NCBI RefSeq assembly: GCF_031178525.1
Contig: NZ_JAPSJA010000001.1
Span: 1 to 59,874 of the forward strand
Length of the DNA stretch: 59,874 nt
Direction: 5' to 3'
Source: Microbacterium sp.
GTDB taxonomy: Bacteria; Actinomycetota; Actinomycetes; Actinomycetales; Microbacteriaceae
Below the pieces are notes generated by a model. The model made no database searches, was not told the DNA's origin, and saw only the letters and a program-made list of their open reading frames with translations. Both the position numbers and the translations under genes were made by a program. Shown here in pieces: positions 19,992 through 29,314 of the stretch (the first letter of the stretch is position 1; each line of letters begins with the position of its first letter).

Positions 19992-20827
19992 CGGTGGTCG
20001 GACCCGCGCACGGCGTCGACCATCACGGCGACGTGGAGGTCGTCGCGCTCGACCTCGCGGACGAGCTTCCCGGATCGGGTGGGGTCGCCTCCCCTGACGT
20101 CGCCGAGTACGCGATGCGCCTGGGCGACGACGCGCTCATCCTGTCGCAGCAGCTGGGCTGGTGGATCTCCCGCGCGCCGGAGCTCGAGGAGGACCTCGCC
20201 CTCGGCAACATCGCCCTCGACCTGCTCGGGCATGCCCGCGCCCTCCTCCGCTATGCCGGGACGGAATCCGGCCGTTCCGAGGACGACCTCGCGTACGGGC
20301 GCGACGAGCCCGACTTCCGCTGCTGCTGGCTCGTGCAGCAGCCGAACGGCCACTTCGGCGACACGATCGCGCGACAGCTGCTCGTCTCCGCCTTCCAGGT
20401 CGAGCTCTACGACGCGCTGACGGCGAGCACCGACGCGGGCCTGCGTGCGATCGCCGAGAAGGCCGCGCGCGAGGTCGCCTATCACCGGGACCACGCCGTG
20501 CAGTGGACGCTGCGCCTGGCCGGCGGGACGGACGAGTCGCGGGCGAGGATCATCCGTTCGCTCACGGACCTGTGGCCCTACGTCGACGAGCTGTTCACGG
20601 ACGACGACCTGCACGTCCGGCTGGGCGACGCGGCGCCGCGACCGTCGTCTCTGCGCGCGGGCTTCGACGCCGTGATCGACGCGGTGCTCGCCGAGGCGCA
20701 GCTCGAGCGCCCGACCGTCAAGCCCGCTATGGCGCAGGGGCGGCGAGGGCGTCACAGCGCGCACCTCGGCTTTCTCCTCGCCGAGATGCAGTGGCTCGCC
20801 CGGCGGCACCCGGGGGCGACGTGGTGA
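19988..20827 (+). CDS. paaC: Phenylacetyl-CoA epoxidase subunit C
   Basis: RLGDDALILSQ, APELEEDLALGNIALD, EVAYH, LAEMQ..HPGATW; GTG overlaps the paaB stop. Confidence 0.94.
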   Translation: MTVVGPAHGVDHHGDVEVVALDLADELPGSGGVASPDVAEYAMRLGDDALILSQQLGWWISRAPELEEDLALGNIALDLLGHARALLRYAGTESGRSEDDLAYGRDEPDFRCCWLVQQPNGHFGDTIARQLLVSAFQVELYDALTASTDAGLRAIAEKAAREVAYHRDHAVQWTLRLAGGTDESRARIIRSLTDLWPYVDELFTDDDLHVRLGDAAPRPSSLRAGFDAVIDAVLAEAQLERPTVKPAMAQGRRGRHSAHLGFLLAEMQWLARRHPGATW

Positions 20828-21342
20828 CCGCGGTCTCCTCGGGAGTGCGGCCCGTCGATGCCGCATCGGCCGACGCGTGGGACATCGCCGCCCGCGTCGC
20901 CGACCCGGAGGTGCCCGTGCTCACGATCGCCGATCTGGGCGTTCTGCGATCCGTGCGTTCCGATGGCCGGCGCGCGGAGGTCGTCCTGACACCCACCTAC
21001 TCGGGCTGCCCGGCTATCGAGCAGATGCGCGACGATGTGATCCTGCAGCTCACGGCCGCAGGGTACGAGCGCGTGGACGTGTCGTTCACGCTGTCCCCCG
21101 CCTGGACGACCGACTGGATGAGCGATGACGGCAAGGCCAAGCTCGAGCGGTACGGCATCGCGCCGCCCAACGGCCGCGCGCCGGTGCGCCGCGGCCCGAT
21201 CCCGGTGACGCTGGGCGTGAAGTGCCCGCGGTGCTCGTCGCTGCACACGCGCGAGGTGTCCCGCTACGGATCGACCTCATGCAAGGCGCTGTACGAGTGC
21301 CTCGATTGCCAGGAGCCCTTCGACTTCTTCAAGGTGCACTGA
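20824..21342 (+). CDS. paaD: Phenylacetyl-CoA epoxidase subunit D
   Basis: VADPEVPVLTIADLG, TPTYSGCP, WTTDW, CPRC...C..C.EPFDFFK. Confidence 0.94.
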   Translation: MTAVSSGVRPVDAASADAWDIAARVADPEVPVLTIADLGVLRSVRSDGRRAEVVLTPTYSGCPAIEQMRDDVILQLTAAGYERVDVSFTLSPAWTTDWMSDDGKAKLERYGIAPPNGRAPVRRGPIPVTLGVKCPRCSSLHTREVSRYGSTSCKALYECLDCQEPFDFFKVH

Positions 21343-22460
21343 TGCCGGCCGCACCCGTCGGCGCTCCCCTGAGGCGGCGCGCGGTATTCCATCGCCTGCG
21401 CGTGCGGGATGTCCGATCCCTCACCCCCACGAGCGTCGAGGTCACCTTCGAGGTGCCGCCGGAGCTCGAGGAGGACTACGGCTACCTCCCGGGCCAGTAC
21501 CTGGCACTGCGCGCCCTGATCGACGGGGAGGAGGTGCGCCGCTCGTATTCGATCTGCCGCCCGCCGGTGCCCGGCCGCATCTCGGTCGCGGTCAAGCGCG
21601 ACGAGCAGGGACTGTTCTCGCGCTGGGTGCACAGCGCGCTGCGGCCCGGCGACGAGCTCGACGTCATGAGCCCGCAGGGCACGTTCACGTCGAATCTCCA
21701 CCAGCTCGAGGGCCGCCACGTCGTCGGCATCGCCGCCGGATCCGGCATCACCCCCGTGATCACGATGGCGCACCGGATCCTCGAGGACAGCGCGAGCGGA
21801 CGCTTCACGCTGCTGTACACGAACCGCTCGTCGCTCGACGTGATGTTCATCGAGGAGCTCGCGGATCTGAAGGACCGCTTCCCCGACCGCCTCGCGCTGC
21901 ACCATGTGCTCTCGCGCGAGCAGCGCACGGCACCCCTGCTCTCCGGGCGGCTCGACGAGGCGAAGCTGCGGACGATCCTGACCTGCCTGATCCCACCGCG
22001 CACCGTGGACGAATGGGCGCTGTGCGGCCCGTTCGAGCTCGTGCAGCTGTGCCGCGACCTGCTCGAGGAGCACGGCGTCGACCCGGCCCACATCCGCTTC
22101 GAGCTGTTCACGACCGGGGAGCCGGGTGATGCCGCTCCCCCGCGCGGCCGCTCCGTCGCCGCCCAGGCGGACGAGAGAACGCATCGGATCGACTTCACGC
22201 TGGACGGCACGTCGGCATCGGTGGACAGCCCGATCAACGCCAACGAGTCGATCCTGAACGCCGCGCTGCGCGTCCGGCCGGATGTGCCGTTCGCCTGCGC
22301 GGGCGGGGTGTGCGGCACGTGCCGCGCGCGCCTGGTCGAGGGCAACGTCTCGATGCGCGAGAACTTCGCGCTCGAGCCGGACGAGATCGACCGCGGGTAC
22401 GTCCTCACGTGCCAGTCCCATCCCACGTCCGACCGCGTCGTCGTCGACTACGACGTCTGA
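21342..22460 (+). CDS. paaE: Phenylacetyl-CoA epoxidase reductase subunit E
   Basis: RRSYSIC, AAGSGITP, LCGP, C-terminal 2Fe-2S motif ACAGGVCGTC...LTC. Confidence 0.95.
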   Translation: MPAAPVGAPLRRRAVFHRLRVRDVRSLTPTSVEVTFEVPPELEEDYGYLPGQYLALRALIDGEEVRRSYSICRPPVPGRISVAVKRDEQGLFSRWVHSALRPGDELDVMSPQGTFTSNLHQLEGRHVVGIAAGSGITPVITMAHRILEDSASGRFTLLYTNRSSLDVMFIEELADLKDRFPDRLALHHVLSREQRTAPLLSGRLDEAKLRTILTCLIPPRTVDEWALCGPFELVQLCRDLLEEHGVDPAHIRFELFTTGEPGDAAPPRGRSVAAQADERTHRIDFTLDGTSASVDSPINANESILNAALRVRPDVPFACAGGVCGTCRARLVEGNVSMRENFALEPDEIDRGYVLTCQSHPTSDRVVVDYDV

Positions 22461-22489
22461 CCCGCCATGCCCGACCGAGGGAGTACCGG

Positions 22490-23278
22490 ATGATCGAGCT
22501 CACGATCCAGGACGACGTCGCGGAGGTCGCGCTGCGCGCGCCCGAGCGGCGGAACGCACTGAGGCCGGAGGACCTCGACGACCTGGCGGAGGCCTATGCC
22601 GAGGCCGAGCGGGCCGGCGTGCGAGCGCTCGTCCTGCGCGGTGAGGGACGCGCGTTCTGCGCGGGACGCGACATCTCAGGCGTCGACCCGCGCGAGGACG
22701 ACGTGCTGGGATATCTCGAAGGGCGCGTCGAGCCCGTCATGCGCCGGATCGCGCAGTTCCCCGCGCCCACCTTCGGCGCCGCGCACGGGGCCTGCGTGGG
22801 CGTCGGGCTCGGCCTGCTCATCGCGACCGACGTCGTCTACGTGGCCGAGTCGGCGAAGATCGGCAGCCCGTTCGCGAACCTCGGGGCGACGCTCGACTCG
22901 GGCGGGCACGCGCTGTTCTTCGAGCGGCTCGGCGCGCATCGCGCGCTCGATCTGATCTACTCCGGCCGGCTGATCTCCGGGGCCGAAGCGGTCGCCCTCG
23001 GCCTGTTCTCCCGCGCCGTCGCCGACGACGAGGTCGTGGCGGAGACGCGTGCCGCGGCGGCGCGCGCAGCCGCCGGCCCGACGCAGGCGTTCGTCGCCTC
23101 GAAGCGCCTGATCGCATCGCTGCGCGACGACCGCGTGGGCCTGTGGCGGTCGATGTCCGACGAGAACCGCGCGCAGGCCGCGCTGTGCGACACCGATGAC
23201 TACCGCGAGGGCTTCGCGGCCTTCCAGCAGAAGCGCACGCCGGCATTCGGCGGCGGGGCGCTCCGGGGGCTCTCATGA
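22490..23278 (+). CDS. Enoyl-CoA hydratase/isomerase (PaaG-like)
   Basis: GRAFCAGRD, GACVGVGLGL, FANLGATLDSGG (Asp typical of PaaG-type isomerases), EGFAAF. Confidence 0.85.
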   Translation: MIELTIQDDVAEVALRAPERRNALRPEDLDDLAEAYAEAERAGVRALVLRGEGRAFCAGRDISGVDPREDDVLGYLEGRVEPVMRRIAQFPAPTFGAAHGACVGVGLGLLIATDVVYVAESAKIGSPFANLGATLDSGGHALFFERLGAHRALDLIYSGRLISGAEAVALGLFSRAVADDEVVAETRAAAARAAAGPTQAFVASKRLIASLRDDRVGLWRSMSDENRAQAALCDTDDYREGFAAFQQKRTPAFGGGALRGLS

Positions 23279-23685
23279 ACTTCGTGGCGCAGCAGGGTCC
23301 GGGTGAGCTCGCGGAGAAGATGGGCATCGAGTTCCTCGAGCTCACGGTCGAGCGGGCCGTCGCCCGCATGCCCGTGCACGGGAACCGCCAGTCGGTCGGG
23401 TTCGTGCACGGCGGCGCGTACGTCGTGCTCGGCGAGTCGCTCGGCTCCGTCGCGGCGAACCTGCACGCCGGCCCGGGGCGCCTCGCGGTCGGCGTCGACG
23501 TGAACGCGACGCATACGCGATCCGCCACGTCCGGTCACGTCACCGCCGTCTGCACGCCGCTGCACCTCGGCACCACGGTCGCGGTGCACGAGATCGTCAT
23601 CACGGACGACGAGGGACGCCGCTGCTCGACGGTCCGCATCACGAACCACATCAAGGACATGCCGCAGCACGCCGCGTCGTCCTGA
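23275..23685 (+). CDS. Hotdog-fold acyl-CoA thioesterase (PaaI/MenI-like)
   Basis: GNRQSVGFVHGGAYVVLGESLGS, VDVNATH. Confidence 0.88.
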   Translation: MNFVAQQGPGELAEKMGIEFLELTVERAVARMPVHGNRQSVGFVHGGAYVVLGESLGSVAANLHAGPGRLAVGVDVNATHTRSATSGHVTAVCTPLHLGTTVAVHEIVITDDEGRRCSTVRITNHIKDMPQHAASS

Positions 23686-23713
23686 TCGCGCGGCCGGCCG
23701 CTACGCTCCTATC

Positions 23714-24184
23714 ATGAACGCCCGTGCTGCCGTCGCCGTCTTCGCGCTGGCCGTCGCATCGGCCGCCCTGACCGGCTGCGCCCCCGCCCAACCCGACCCG
23801 AGGGAGGTGCAGGCGTGGCTCGACGACGAGCCCGCGGAGGCGTCCGACCTGCTCGCCTCCCTCAGCGGCCAGGCGGGACCCGACGCCCCGTCGCAGGATG
23901 ACGACGCGGAGCCGGAGGGCACCACGGTCACCTTCGAGACCCCGGTGACCGTCGACCGGATCGACATCACCTGCTTCGGTAAGGCGACGATCTCGATCGA
24001 GGCCGAGATCACCGGATCGCCGACCACCCACGCCGCCGAGACCAACGAGCTTCGGTGCGAGCGGGGCACGTTCTCTCTCATCGAGGACATCGGCGCCGGG
24101 AACGTCACCGCGGTCCGCGTAGATGCCCCCACAGCCGACGTCCTCACCGCCTGGCGCGCCACCGTGCACGGCGCCGAGGGCTGA
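23714..24184 (+). CDS. Putative lipoprotein of unknown function
   Basis: Hydrophobic signal with lipobox LTGC; GC-rich third codon positions; leaderless -10 TACGCT. Confidence 0.75.
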   Translation: MNARAAVAVFALAVASAALTGCAPAQPDPREVQAWLDDEPAEASDLLASLSGQAGPDAPSQDDDAEPEGTTVTFETPVTVDRIDITCFGKATISIEAEITGSPTTHAAETNELRCERGTFSLIEDIGAGNVTAVRVDAPTADVLTAWRATVHGAEG

Positions 24185-24207
24185 CCGCCCGCGCCCACCG
24201 CTCCCCG

Positions 24208-24234
24208 GCGGGCGTATTCTTGGACGCAGTCCGG
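24208..24234 (+). promoter_or_regulatory. ABC operon -10 box (TATTCT) plus dyad GGAC-GCA-GTCC, shared with the lipB promoter
   Basis: GCGGGCGTATTCTTGGACGCAGTCCGG vs 9778-9804 GCGGGCGTATTGTTGGACGCAATCCAG. Confidence 0.7.
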
Positions 24235-24275
24235 TTACACCGGCCGCCACAGCACATCCCCTCACAAAGGTCCTC

Positions 24276-25913
24276 ATGCTCCGTCGCGCGCTGCCCGCCC
24301 TCGTCCTCGCCTCCTCCGTCGCGCTGATCGCCACCGCGTGCGCCCCCTCGACCGGACAGGCCGGGCCCAGCTCCGAGCCACAGGAAGGCGGCACGCTCGT
24401 CTACGCCACGGGCGACGCCGAGCCGACGTGCCTCGACCCGCACGTCGGCGGCAACTACCCGCAGGCGCTGATCAGCTCGCAGTACCTCGAGCCGCTCGTC
24501 GGCCGCGACGCCGACGGCGCCATCACTCCCTGGCTCGCCGAGGAGTGGGAGGTCTCCGAGGACGGCCTGACCTGGGACTTCACACTTCAGGGCGACGTCT
24601 CCTTCACGGACGGCACCCCGCTCGATGCCGAGGCCGTCAAGGTCAACATCGAGCACCTGCAGGATCCCGAGACCGCCTCCTCCACGGGGTATCTCGCGGT
24701 GTCCAAGATCGCCGAGGTCGAGGTCGTCGACGACACCCACGCGCGCATGCACATGTCCGAGCCCGACTCGGCGCTGCTGGAGTCGCTCAGCATGCCCTGG
24801 ACCGCGATCCAGTCCCCCGCCGGCATCGCGCGCGGCATGGAGGAGAACTGCGCCGCTCCCATCGGCACCGGCCCGTTCGTGGTCGAGGAGTGGGTGCCGC
24901 AGCAGCAGATCACGCTCACGCGCAACGACGACTACGCGACCCCCGGACAGCAAACCGAGAACCAGGGCGCCGCGCACCTCGACGAGATCGTGTGGCGCTT
25001 CATTCCGGATGCCGCCACGCGCCAGGCCGCGCTCACGTCGGGCGAGGTGCACGTGATCGACAACCCGCAGCCCGACGCGATCGTGGCCGCCGAGCAGGGC
25101 GACGAGATCACGCACATCGACGCCCCGCGCCCGGGCTCGGTGAACCGCATCGAGCTCAACGCCGGGCAGGCGCCGTTCGACGACGCCCGCGTGCGCGAAG
25201 CGTTCATCCGCGCCGCCGACCCGAACCCCGGCATCGAGGCCCTCTACCTCGGCACGGTCACGCGCTCGTACTCGCCGCTCGGCAGCTCCGAGCCCATGGC
25301 GGTGTCCGACGAGTCGCTGTTCGCGACGGACCCGGACCAGGCGAACGCCCTGCTGGACGAGGCCGGCTGGACCGAGAAGGACGAGGACGGCACCCGCATG
25401 AAGGACGGCGCTCGCCTCACGGTGCGCTTCCCCGTGAGCACGAACCAGTCGGTCGCCGCCGAGCAGTCGCTCTTCGAGCAGATCCAGGCGAACGTCGCGG
25501 AGGTCGGCTTCGACGTCGAGCTCTCCCCCGTCGACCTGTCGACCTGGTACGGCGTGCTGGGCGCGAACGAGTACGAGGCCGTGAGCGCGCCGTACACCCG
25601 CGTGGGCGCCGAGGTGCTGCGCGTGCTCTACCACTCCGACGCGATCGTGCCCGCGCCCTCGGGATACTTCGCGAACCACGCGCAGCTGTCCGATCCGGAG
25701 CTCGACGCGCTGCTCGACCAGGCGTCGGCGACGCAGGACGAGTCCGCGCGCGCCGACCTGTACGCCCAGGCGCAGCAGCGCGTGCTCGAGAGCTTCACGG
25801 TGCTGCCGCTGTACGACCAGCAGAACCACTTCCTCACGCGCGGCGTGACCGGCGTCACCACGCTCGGCACCGTCGCGACGCCGACGTTCGTCGATGCGCG
25901 CATCGCCGGCTGA
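24276..25913 (+). CDS. ABC transporter substrate-binding lipoprotein, family 5 (Opp/Dpp/Nik-like)
   Basis: Lipobox ATAC, CLDP, PWLAEEW, FTDGTPLDAEAV, IGTGPF, VREA motifs. Confidence 0.93.
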   Translation: MLRRALPALVLASSVALIATACAPSTGQAGPSSEPQEGGTLVYATGDAEPTCLDPHVGGNYPQALISSQYLEPLVGRDADGAITPWLAEEWEVSEDGLTWDFTLQGDVSFTDGTPLDAEAVKVNIEHLQDPETASSTGYLAVSKIAEVEVVDDTHARMHMSEPDSALLESLSMPWTAIQSPAGIARGMEENCAAPIGTGPFVVEEWVPQQQITLTRNDDYATPGQQTENQGAAHLDEIVWRFIPDAATRQAALTSGEVHVIDNPQPDAIVAAEQGDEITHIDAPRPGSVNRIELNAGQAPFDDARVREAFIRAADPNPGIEALYLGTVTRSYSPLGSSEPMAVSDESLFATDPDQANALLDEAGWTEKDEDGTRMKDGARLTVRFPVSTNQSVAAEQSLFEQIQANVAEVGFDVELSPVDLSTWYGVLGANEYEAVSAPYTRVGAEVLRVLYHSDAIVPAPSGYFANHAQLSDPELDALLDQASATQDESARADLYAQAQQRVLESFTVLPLYDQQNHFLTRGVTGVTTLGTVATPTFVDARIAG

Positions 25914-26967
25914 GGCGTCGCGCTCCGCGTCGAACGACCGGCCGACGCGAGGGAGACGAGACCCGGCGCGGATCCGGTCCGTCGCGCGCTGGATCGCGGG
26001 GCGCGTCGGATCCGCGCTGCTCGTCGTCTGGATCGTCGCGACGGTCGTCTTCTTCGCGCTGCGCGCGTCGGGCGATCCGCTCGAGGCGATCCTGGGCGGC
26101 CCGGGGTCACAGGCCGGTCCGGAGGCGGTCGCCCAGGCCCGTGAGGAGTACGGACTCGATCAGCCGCTGATCCTGCAGTACCTGACGCAGCTATGGCGCG
26201 TGGCGACGTTCCAGCTCGGCGACTCGTACGCGCGACGGCAGCCGGTCTCCGACCTGATCGCGGCCCAGCTCCCCGGGACGCTGCTGCTCGCCGCGCTCGC
26301 CCTGCTGCTCGCCTGGACGCTCGCGCTGGCGGGGTCCACGATCGCCGCCACGGCCCGCGGTCCGGTCGGCCGCGCGGTGGTCGCTGGCGTGCGCGGGCTC
26401 GAGCTCGTCGCGACCGTGATGCCGCAGTTCTGGCTCGGCGCCGTGCTGATCCTGGTGTTCGCGGCCTCGCTGCGGATCCTCCCCGCCACCAGCGGCGGCG
26501 GCGATCCGGCGGGACTGATCCTGCCTGTCGTGACGTTGGCGATCCCGATCGCGGGCTTCCTCGCGCAGCTGTCGCGCGATGCGCTGCGGGAAGCGGATCG
26601 CGCGCCGTTCGCCACCACCGCCCGATCCCGCGGGGCGAGCGAGTCGCGCGTGCTGCTGCACCACACGCTGCGGCACGCCAGTCTTCCCGCGCTGTCGCTG
26701 TCGGGCTGGGCGTTCGGGCACCTGCTGAGCGGTGCGGTCGTCGTGGAGTCGCTGTTCGCCCGCCCGGGACTCGGGCGCCTGCTGCTCGATGCCGCGATGA
26801 GCCGCGACGTGCCCGTCGTGATCGGCTCGGTCGTGGTCGTCGCTGTGCTGTACGTCCTCGTCGTCACGGTCGTCGACGCTGTCGAGCTGCTCGTCGACCC
26901 GCGTCTGCGCCGCGCGCGCACGGCGCACGCCGTCGAACGGACGCCCGAGCTGGCGGTGGGCTCGTGA
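25894..26967 (+). CDS. ABC transporter permease (OppB/DppB-like); start uncertain
   Basis: YGLDQPL, LGDSY, PQFWLG, TARSRG, GAVVVESLFARPGLG. Confidence 0.9.
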   Translation: MRASPAEASRSASNDRPTRGRRDPARIRSVARWIAGRVGSALLVVWIVATVVFFALRASGDPLEAILGGPGSQAGPEAVAQAREEYGLDQPLILQYLTQLWRVATFQLGDSYARRQPVSDLIAAQLPGTLLLAALALLLAWTLALAGSTIAATARGPVGRAVVAGVRGLELVATVMPQFWLGAVLILVFAASLRILPATSGGGDPAGLILPVVTLAIPIAGFLAQLSRDALREADRAPFATTARSRGASESRVLLHHTLRHASLPALSLSGWAFGHLLSGAVVVESLFARPGLGRLLLDAAMSRDVPVVIGSVVVVAVLYVLVVTVVDAVELLVDPRLRRARTAHAVERTPELAVGS

Positions 26968-27797
26968 CGGGCGTCGACGCGCCGGCGCGCCGCGCCCTGC
27001 GGACGCTCGGGCCGGGGGGCGTCGTCGCGGCGATCGCGCTCATCGCGATCCTGGTCGCGGTGTTCGCGCCGTCCGTGCTCGCCCCGGGCGATCCGCTCGG
27101 GATCGCGCCCGCGGAGGCGTTCTCGCCCCCGTCCTGGGCGCACCCCTTCGGGACGGACGAGTCGGGCCGCGACCTGTACACGCGTGTGATCCACGGGGCA
27201 GCCGCGTCGGCGGGCATCGGCCTGGCGGCGACGGGGATCGGCATCGCGGCCGGCCTCGTCCTCGGCTTCGCGGGGGCCCTGGGTCCGCGCTGGCTGGATG
27301 CGGCGATCGCGCGCGTCGTGGAGGTGCTGTTCGCACTGCCGACGCTCGTGCTCGCGCTGCTGCTGGTCGCGGTGCTCGGACCGGGCACCCAGGCGTCGAT
27401 CCTCGCGATCGGCGTCGCGACCGCGCCGGGCTACGCGCGCATCCTGCGCGCCCGGGTGCGCGGCGTCGCGCGCAGCGACTACGTCGCCTACGCCCGCCAT
27501 GAGGGGGCAGGCCCGCTCACGGTGTTCGTGCGGCACATCGCGCCCAACACGCTGTGGCCGCTCGTCGCGACGGCCACGCTCGGAGTGGGTCAGGCGATCG
27601 TCTGGGTCTCGGCGTTGAGCTTCCTCGGGCTGGGCGCACTGCCGCCCTCGCCCGAGTGGGGCGCGATGCTCAACGCGGGACGCGTGTACATCACGACGGC
27701 GTGGTGGATGACCGTGCTGCCGGGACTTGCGATCGTCACGACGGCGACCGTGCTCACCGTGCTCGGACGCCGCGCCTCGGGAGCGGGAGCGTCGTGA
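26964..27797 (+). CDS. ABC transporter permease (OppC/DppC-like)
   Basis: HPFGTDESGRD, LSFLGLG..PPSPEWGAML. Confidence 0.92.
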   Translation: MTGVDAPARRALRTLGPGGVVAAIALIAILVAVFAPSVLAPGDPLGIAPAEAFSPPSWAHPFGTDESGRDLYTRVIHGAAASAGIGLAATGIGIAAGLVLGFAGALGPRWLDAAIARVVEVLFALPTLVLALLLVAVLGPGTQASILAIGVATAPGYARILRARVRGVARSDYVAYARHEGAGPLTVFVRHIAPNTLWPLVATATLGVGQAIVWVSALSFLGLGALPPSPEWGAMLNAGRVYITTAWWMTVLPGLAIVTTATVLTVLGRRASGAGAS

Positions 27798-29314
27798 GCC
27801 TGCTGCGCATCCGGAACCTGTCCGTCACGATGCCCGGCGGCGTCGCCGCGCTGCGCGGCGTGGATCTCGACGTCGCGCCGGGCGAGGTCCTCGCGATCGT
27901 GGGCGAATCGGGCGCCGGGAAGTCCGTGCTGGCCCGCACGATCCTCGGCCTGTCCCGGCGCGACGGTGGGCGCGTGTCCGCCGACGCGTTCGAGCTGGGC
28001 GGGCGCGATGCGCGTCGCCTTCCGGAGCGGCACTGGCGCGCCGTGCGCGGCGGCGGCGTCTCGCTCGTGCTGCAGGACGCGCTGCAGTCGCTCGATCCCC
28101 TGCGCACGATCGGGGCGGAGGTGGGCGAGGCGCTGGCGGTGCGGCGCGTGCCGGCGAGCGAGCGCCGCTCCCGCGTGCTGGATGCGCTCGACGCGGCGGG
28201 CCTTCCGCTCGGCGGGCCGCAGCGCTCCGAGGCCCGCGCGCGCCTGCGCCAGCGCCCGGGAGAGCTGTCGGGCGGCATGCGGCAGCGCGCGCTCATCGCC
28301 TCGGCGATCGTCGCGGGAGCCCCTCTCATCGTGGCGGACGAGCCCACCACGGCACTCGACGCCACCACGGCCGCCCGCGTCCTCGGTCTCCTGGGCCGCC
28401 TCCGTGACGAGGGCACGGGGCTCATCCTCATCAGCCACGATCTCGCGGCGGTCGCGCGCATCGCCGACCGCATCGCGGTGCTCGACGCCGGTCTCATCGT
28501 CGAGAGCGGCCCTGCTTCCCGCCTCCTCTCCCGTCCCGAGCACCCCGTCACCCGGGCGCTGCTGGCGGCCGTCCCCCACGGTGCGAAGCCGCTTCCTTCG
28601 TCTGTGCGGGGCGAACCCGTGCTGGCCGCGCGTGGGCTCGTTCGCCGCTACCCCGGCCCGGGTGGCACCGTCGCAGCCGTCGCCGACGTCGACATCGCGG
28701 TCCGCCGGGGCGAGGTCCTCGGCATCGTGGGCGAATCCGGATCCGGCAAGTCGACGCTCGCCCGGCTGCTGCTCGGTCTCGAGCGGCCGGACGCCGGCGA
28801 CCTGACACGTCGATCGGACGTGCGCGCCCGGCTCGTCCCGCAGGATCCGCTGGGGGCCTTCGACCCGCGACACAGCGTCGAGCGCATCCTGCGCCACGCT
28901 CGCCGCGGCGACGCGCCAGCGCCCGGCGCGCTACTCGCACGCGTCGGACTCGATGCCGCCATGCTGCGTCGCAGGCCCGCGTCGCTCTCGGGCGGTCAGC
29001 GCCAGCGCGTCGCGATCGCTCGCGCCCTCGCGGCGCGACCGGACGTGCTCGTGTGCGACGAGCCGGTGTCTGCCCTGGACGTCACGACCCAGGCCGGCAT
29101 CCTCGACCTCCTGCTCGACCTGCAGCGCCAAGAGGAGCTCACGATCGTGTTCATCTCCCACGACCTCGCCGTCGTCCGCCGCGTCAGCGACCGCGTCGCC
29201 GTGATGCGCCACGGCCGCATCGTGGAGGAGGGCGATACCGAGGCGGTCTTCTCCCGCCCCGCCCACGCGTTCACGCGCGAGCTGGTCGCGGCCAGCCTCA
29301 GTCCGCGCTCGTGA
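27794..29314 (+). CDS. ABC transporter ATP-binding protein with two fused NBDs
   Basis: GESGAGKS/LSGGMRQR/DEPT and GESGSGKST/LSGGQRQR/DEPV. Confidence 0.94.
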   Translation: MSLLRIRNLSVTMPGGVAALRGVDLDVAPGEVLAIVGESGAGKSVLARTILGLSRRDGGRVSADAFELGGRDARRLPERHWRAVRGGGVSLVLQDALQSLDPLRTIGAEVGEALAVRRVPASERRSRVLDALDAAGLPLGGPQRSEARARLRQRPGELSGGMRQRALIASAIVAGAPLIVADEPTTALDATTAARVLGLLGRLRDEGTGLILISHDLAAVARIADRIAVLDAGLIVESGPASRLLSRPEHPVTRALLAAVPHGAKPLPSSVRGEPVLAARGLVRRYPGPGGTVAAVADVDIAVRRGEVLGIVGESGSGKSTLARLLLGLERPDAGDLTRRSDVRARLVPQDPLGAFDPRHSVERILRHARRGDAPAPGALLARVGLDAAMLRRRPASLSGGQRQRVAIARALAARPDVLVCDEPVSALDVTTQAGILDLLLDLQRQEELTIVFISHDLAVVRRVSDRVAVMRHGRIVEEGDTEAVFSRPAHAFTRELVAASLSPRS

